This document shows, piece after piece, positions 60,178-64,000 of a DNA stretch of 64,000 nt. Within the stretch, counting starts at the first letter, position 1; the number at the start of each line of letters is the position of its first letter. The notes beneath the pieces were generated by a model. The model ran no database searches and was not told the origin of the DNA. It saw only the letters and a program-made list of their open reading frames with translations. The translations under genes and the position numbers were made by a program. This DNA is from an uncultured archaeon (GTDB lineage Archaea > Iainarchaeota > Iainarchaeia > Iainarchaeales > GCA-2688035), in the NCBI GenBank assembly GCA_964354805.1, contig CAYHBD010000035.1, forward strand, positions 22,829 through 86,828. The letters are read 5' to 3'.

Positions 60178-61250
60178 GCAGCGGAACCCCGCTCTTCCAA
60201 AACCGCTTTAAAAGCAAAAAATCAAAGGTTAGTATGAGCGAAAGAAACATTGACTTGCTAAAGCTTCATGTGCCGGAAGAGGATACAAACATACGGCGCT
60301 GCCTGAGAGCATACACTATTCTGCCAAAGTTTTGCAAAGCGCCTGACAAAAGAAATCAAAATGCTGAAGTTGTCCTCAAAGAAATCTGGAAAATTAGAGA
60401 CAAAATGAAACAAAAGTTCGGAATAAAGTGGGGCTATGTATGGATGCACGCTATCCCTTACAAAATGTGCTACGCTTCTATTAAAGATTGGATGATTGGC
60501 AGAGCATCAGTTCCACTGGTTGCTATTGACTCACTTAGAAAAGTTGGCTTTGAAGAAGAAGCAGATTTAACATTGGAAAAAGCAGAATATGTTTCAAGCA
60601 CAACACAGGAAATTGTTAGAATTCCAAAGAAGTTGGACACTGACATTTTTTACCTCTGCGGATTAATTCTTGGTGACGGCTGCCTTCCCACACCAACCAA
60701 AGACCTGAGCGGCTTTTCTATAGTCAGCGGAAAAGAAGGGTTTTTGGACAGGCATATACGCCCAATCATTGAAGAAAATTTTGAAACTATTTGCTCTCCA
60801 ACCAGATACTACAACCACGGAGGAGATACTTGGAGCATTGAAAAGAGAAGCAAAGCTTTACACAGATTCTTCACAAAAATTTTTGGTTTGCCAAGTGGTA
60901 AAAAAAGCGAAAAAGCGCACATTCCGGAAATTGTAAAGAAAGCTACCGATAAAGAAAAAGCAGCGTTTTTGTCTGGCCTCATTGACAGCGATATTGGAAA
61001 ACATGGAAGCGGGATGGGGTGCACTTTCAGAAGCAAGAAAATTGTTGAAGACTTAATTGAATTGCTTGCTGAATTAGGGATAAGTGCAAAAAGTTATGGG
61101 GTTTACTACAAGAATGGAAAATACGAACAAAACGATTTTACAATCCTAAAATCTCAAATCAAAAGTTTAAAAGCTCTTCTCTCGGAAAATTATTTACCAA
61201 AAAGAGAAGACCGATTAAGAACAATTTATGAACGCGCGGGGATCGGATAG
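60174..61250 (+). CDS. Free-standing two-motif LAGLIDADG homing-endonuclease-like protein
   Basis: 'YLCGLILGDG' and 'AAFLSGLIDSDIG', 'FGLPSGKKS..AHIPE', 'LLAELGI'; last 15 nt overlap tRNA-Leu. Confidence 0.85.
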   Translation: MSSGTPLFQNRFKSKKSKVSMSERNIDLLKLHVPEEDTNIRRCLRAYTILPKFCKAPDKRNQNAEVVLKEIWKIRDKMKQKFGIKWGYVWMHAIPYKMCYASIKDWMIGRASVPLVAIDSLRKVGFEEEADLTLEKAEYVSSTTQEIVRIPKKLDTDIFYLCGLILGDGCLPTPTKDLSGFSIVSGKEGFLDRHIRPIIEENFETICSPTRYYNHGGDTWSIEKRSKALHRFFTKIFGLPSGKKSEKAHIPEIVKKATDKEKAAFLSGLIDSDIGKHGSGMGCTFRSKKIVEDLIELLAELGISAKSYGVYYKNGKYEQNDFTILKSQIKSLKALLSENYLPKREDRLRTIYERAGIG

Positions 61251-61412
61251 TAGCAATTCCGCCAGGTTCAGGAAGCCTTTCTTTCAAAAAGAAAGCCTTG
61301 GGAAAGAAATTTTTCCCTGTTTTCGCCAGCCTTTGTTAAAGGCTGTGGGAAAGAAAGACTGGAAAAGCCTGGTGCCTTAGTGGCTTCGGGGGTGCAAGTC
61401 CTCCTCCCCGCA
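61236..61412 (+). tRNA. tRNA-Leu(CAG) with ~94-nt intron at 37/38 (~61273-61366)
   Basis: Acceptor GCGGGGA/TCCCCGC plus A73; anticodon stem CCAGG/CCTGG; CAG at 61269-61271; long variable arm; T arm GGGGG-TGCAAGT-CCTCC; relaxed BHB, so the exact junction is uncertain by about 1 nt. Confidence 0.88.
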
Positions 61413-61417
61413 ATGAA

Positions 61418-61975
61418 ATGAACGCAGTAATTGTCCACGGTAGTTTTGGGTGCCCTGCTGAGAACTGGTTTCCCTGGCTCAAAGAAGAATTGGAAAAACT
61501 TGGGTGCACTGTTTTTGTTCCGCGCTTTCCGACGCCTGAAAAACAAAACCTTAAAAACTGGCTCACTGTGTTTGCGGAATACGCGCAATATTTGGATAAA
61601 GACACGATTTTAATTGGGCACAGCTTAGGTTGCGCTTTTATTCTAAATGCCCTTGAAGGGATTGGCAAGCAGATAAAGGCGGCCTTTTTTGTTGCTGGAT
61701 TTACCGGCAATCTGAATGAGCCGGAATTTGATGAAATAAACAGCAGTTTTGCGGACAAAGAATTTGACTGGGTTAAAATAAGGAAAAATTGCAGGCAATT
61801 CTTTGTATTTTACTCTGACAACGACCAGTTCGTTCCGCAGCGAAAAGCACTTGATTTGGCGGAGAAATTAAACATCAAACCAATTCTGGTTAAGGGCGCA
61901 GGGCACTTCAACGAAAAAGCAGGCTATGCACAGTTTCCACTCCTTCTTGAAAAAATAAAAAAACTCGCCAAATAG
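61418..61975 (+). CDS. RBBP9/YdeN family alpha/beta hydrolase
   Basis: 'IVHG...NWFPWLKEEL', nucleophile 'GHSLG', 'SDNDQFVP', 'GAGHFN'. Confidence 0.92.
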   Translation: MNAVIVHGSFGCPAENWFPWLKEELEKLGCTVFVPRFPTPEKQNLKNWLTVFAEYAQYLDKDTILIGHSLGCAFILNALEGIGKQIKAAFFVAGFTGNLNEPEFDEINSSFADKEFDWVKIRKNCRQFFVFYSDNDQFVPQRKALDLAEKLNIKPILVKGAGHFNEKAGYAQFPLLLEKIKKLAK

Positions 61976-61985
61976 CCAAGCCCAA

Positions 61986-62936
61986 CTAGCTCGCTTCAAA
62001 CGGCAATTCGAACTGGCTGTCGTAATCTGTTTCAAATTCGTTCAAATAAGGGGAAAAGGTTTTAACAAAGATTTTGTTTTGCGCCGGAGAAAACTCAAGT
62101 ATTCTCAGCCAGCCGTTGCCGCCGTTTTCCCCTGACTGGTAGTCGGCAAGCAATTGGTAAACCAGCTTTCCGGCAGCATTCTTGTCAACGCGCCTTGCTT
62201 CACCGTGCACGTGACCGCACAAAACAAGGAAAACGTTTTCGTTTGGGTAAACCAACTCACCCCAAATGTACTGGGTGTTGTTTGAGCCTGTGCCGCAGTT
62301 GCTTTCCTTGTAAGAGTGAACCTCCCTTTCAGCATCAAGGCCCAAGTATGCGTGGGTTACAATTATTGCCCTTCGCTCTGAATGCGTTCTGAGAACATTG
62401 TTAGCCCATTCAATCGTGTCGGCGCTTGGGCAATACTTGAGGTGCAATGCAATGAAATCAATGCCTGAAGCGGAAAAAAGCTGGAAGCTGTTGTCGTTTT
62501 TTCCGGCAGAAAAGCTGCCGCCATACCATGAAAAGCTGTCAAACCTTGAAACAGGGAAATATTTGTTGTAATTGCTTGAGTCACCCTGCTTTGAAAAGTC
62601 GTGGTTGCCCGGCAAAACAGCGTAAGGCACTTTGCCGTCAAGCAAGCGCATCGCGGCATCAGCATTCTGCCACTGCTGCAAATCATCCCAGTTGTCAACA
62701 ATGTCGCCCTCATGCGTTACAAAAACAATGTTCAATTCATCCGCGTTATCCGCAATCCACTGGGTTTGAGCGCTGAAAACAAGCGGAAAATCTTTCGAGT
62801 AATTCTGCGTGTCAGGCAAAACAATGAGCGAAAATTTGCTGCCATCGGGTGCCGGGGAAAGAAAAAGATAAGAAAAAATTGAAACAACAACAAGCGCTGC
62901 AATTGCAACAGCTTCCTTTGAAACATTTTTCCGCAT
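61986..62936 (-). CDS. Membrane-anchored calcineurin-like metallophosphoesterase
   Basis: N-terminal TM; 'LPDTQ', 'HEGDIVD', 'PGNHD', 'THAYL', 'CGHVH'. Confidence 0.9.
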   Translation of the reverse strand: MRKNVSKEAVAIAALVVVSIFSYLFLSPAPDGSKFSLIVLPDTQNYSKDFPLVFSAQTQWIADNADELNIVFVTHEGDIVDNWDDLQQWQNADAAMRLLDGKVPYAVLPGNHDFSKQGDSSNYNKYFPVSRFDSFSWYGGSFSAGKNDNSFQLFSASGIDFIALHLKYCPSADTIEWANNVLRTHSERRAIIVTHAYLGLDAEREVHSYKESNCGTGSNNTQYIWGELVYPNENVFLVLCGHVHGEARRVDKNAAGKLVYQLLADYQSGENGGNGWLRILEFSPAQNKIFVKTFSPYLNEFETDYDSQFELPFEAS

Positions 62937-63009
62937 TTCAAACAGCTCGTTTCAATTTCAAGCAACTCTCTTTAAATTCTTGCCATGCCTTGCCAACTAT
63001 TTTTTATTT

Positions 63010-63642
63010 TCAAGCAGCCTTTCCCATTGCCCGCTGCCTTGCAGCTCTCCGCCCCACAAAAGCCCTTTGCCCTCGTGCTCCCTGCATTGCAGGTGCTCTT
63101 CTCCCTGCTCCCCTTCGCGCTGCTCCCTGCTGCCTTGCCCCGCGCTGGGCAAATTTGCCTGTGCCATGCGTTAAATCAAGCATATCCTGTGGAGTCATGT
63201 CAGGCCCTTGGATTGGAACAGTTCTGCCTTTGCTGCCGAATGGGCCAACTAATTGCCTTTTTGCAACCCTTGCCTCTTCGCCTCTGAATATTAGATTGCG
63301 CAGCCAGTCAAACAAGCCAAGCAGTGGGCCAATTACTGGAATAGCTGACAATCCGCTTCTTGCCCAAGCTGGCTTCACCTTCATTCCGCCAGTATCAGAT
63401 TTGTCGCGCGTGAAGCCGCCTCTTGCTTCAAGTTCTGGCAGCATTGTGGCAGCGCCTCTTCTGCCTCTTGCAAACCCAGCAGGCGTTGTTGCACCCCTTC
63501 TGCCCCTTTCTCTTGTAAACCCGCCTCTGCCGGCTGCTCTACTTGGTCTTGGCATCGCTTGCCCTAAGCCAGGCCTTCTTTGTGGTATTGCTCCCTGCCT
63601 TGGCCGCATCAACCAAGGCGCCCTTCTTTTAAATTCAGGCAT
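63010..63642 (-). CDS. Arg/Gly-rich basic hypothetical protein
   Basis: 210 aa; internal repeats RGGFTRE/RGGFTRD and RGRRGATT/RGRRGAAT; one short hydrophobic segment. Confidence 0.65.
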   Translation of the reverse strand: MPEFKRRAPWLMRPRQGAIPQRRPGLGQAMPRPSRAAGRGGFTRERGRRGATTPAGFARGRRGAATMLPELEARGGFTRDKSDTGGMKVKPAWARSGLSAIPVIGPLLGLFDWLRNLIFRGEEARVAKRQLVGPFGSKGRTVPIQGPDMTPQDMLDLTHGTGKFAQRGARQQGAARRGAGRRAPAMQGARGQRAFVGRRAARQRAMGKAA

Positions 63643-64000
63643 ATTGTGCTCTCCAGTTAGATTTAGGTATTTTGGTTAATTTAATTCTTTTCCTATTGCC
63701 CAATGGCAAGTTTTTTGTGCTTTTTGAATTTTTTTTAATTTAATTCTTTTGCGTTATGGCTTGCGGCAGTGAAAGCGAAACCCTTTTTAATTTAATAGGT
63801 GGGAAATAAGATTAAGGTGATAAAACAATGGCGCTGATTAATTCGGGGAAAAAACTGTGCTGGTACGCTGCAGGCGAGGCCGCCGCCCCCGGTCGCGGAT
63901 CCCGTCGAAGATGTCGTCGTCGTCCTCGTCGATCGTGCGGCTGAAGTTTTTGAAGGTTTGGGCTGCCGACTTGCCGGGGTTTAACTAATTTTACATTTAA

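Noticed and set aside
60174-61250. LAGLIDADG as intron- or intein-encoded
   Set aside because: It lies outside both tRNA introns and has no host extein or intein terminal motifs.
59328-61366. Box C/D guide RNAs inside the long tRNA introns
   Set aside because: Neither intron contains a RTGATGA C box or a CTGA D box.
62849-63679. 276-aa + strand ORF
   Set aside because: Pro/Leu/Ala-rich shadow of the minus-strand Arg-rich gene, and it overlaps the phosphoesterase start.
1-64000. CRISPR array, rRNA, transposase or integrase
   Set aside because: No regularly spaced identical repeats with unique spacers and no recognisable such genes were seen.

Overview
Archaeal chromosomal DNA. A DPANN lineage such as Iainarchaeota/Diapherotrites is plausible, but this is inferred from gene content and protein style, not from a marker search. 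About 1-47 kb is an almost entirely + strand envelope locus: a GspF/TadC-like platform protein, pilin-like proteins, a 1.6-kaa anchored protein, four paralogous 2.5-2.9-kaa membrane-anchored proteins, five small membrane proteins and a papain-like lipoprotein, followed by a degenerate HerA/VirB4-like ATPase. Housekeeping genes include CTP-dependent riboflavin kinase, a PAC2 proteasome chaperone, PolB and MetAP2. There are two intron-containing tRNAs (Arg-GCG, Leu-CAG) and a free-standing LAGLIDADG gene. Three patterns stand out. (1) A dispersed modular palindromic element (AAGC-hairpin-CCT[extra hairpins]TGG(G)AAAA) occurs intergenically, in-frame in a CDS, and at the 5' end of BOTH tRNA introns. 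(2) Diverged, codon-aligned 'echo' copies of gene 3' ends follow at least 8 genes, and the polB echo differs mostly at synonymous sites. (3) The giant paralogs share a scaffold but carry unrelated inserts, some bracketed by glycine-zipper hydrophobic helices, suggesting a pilus-linked host-contact apparatus.
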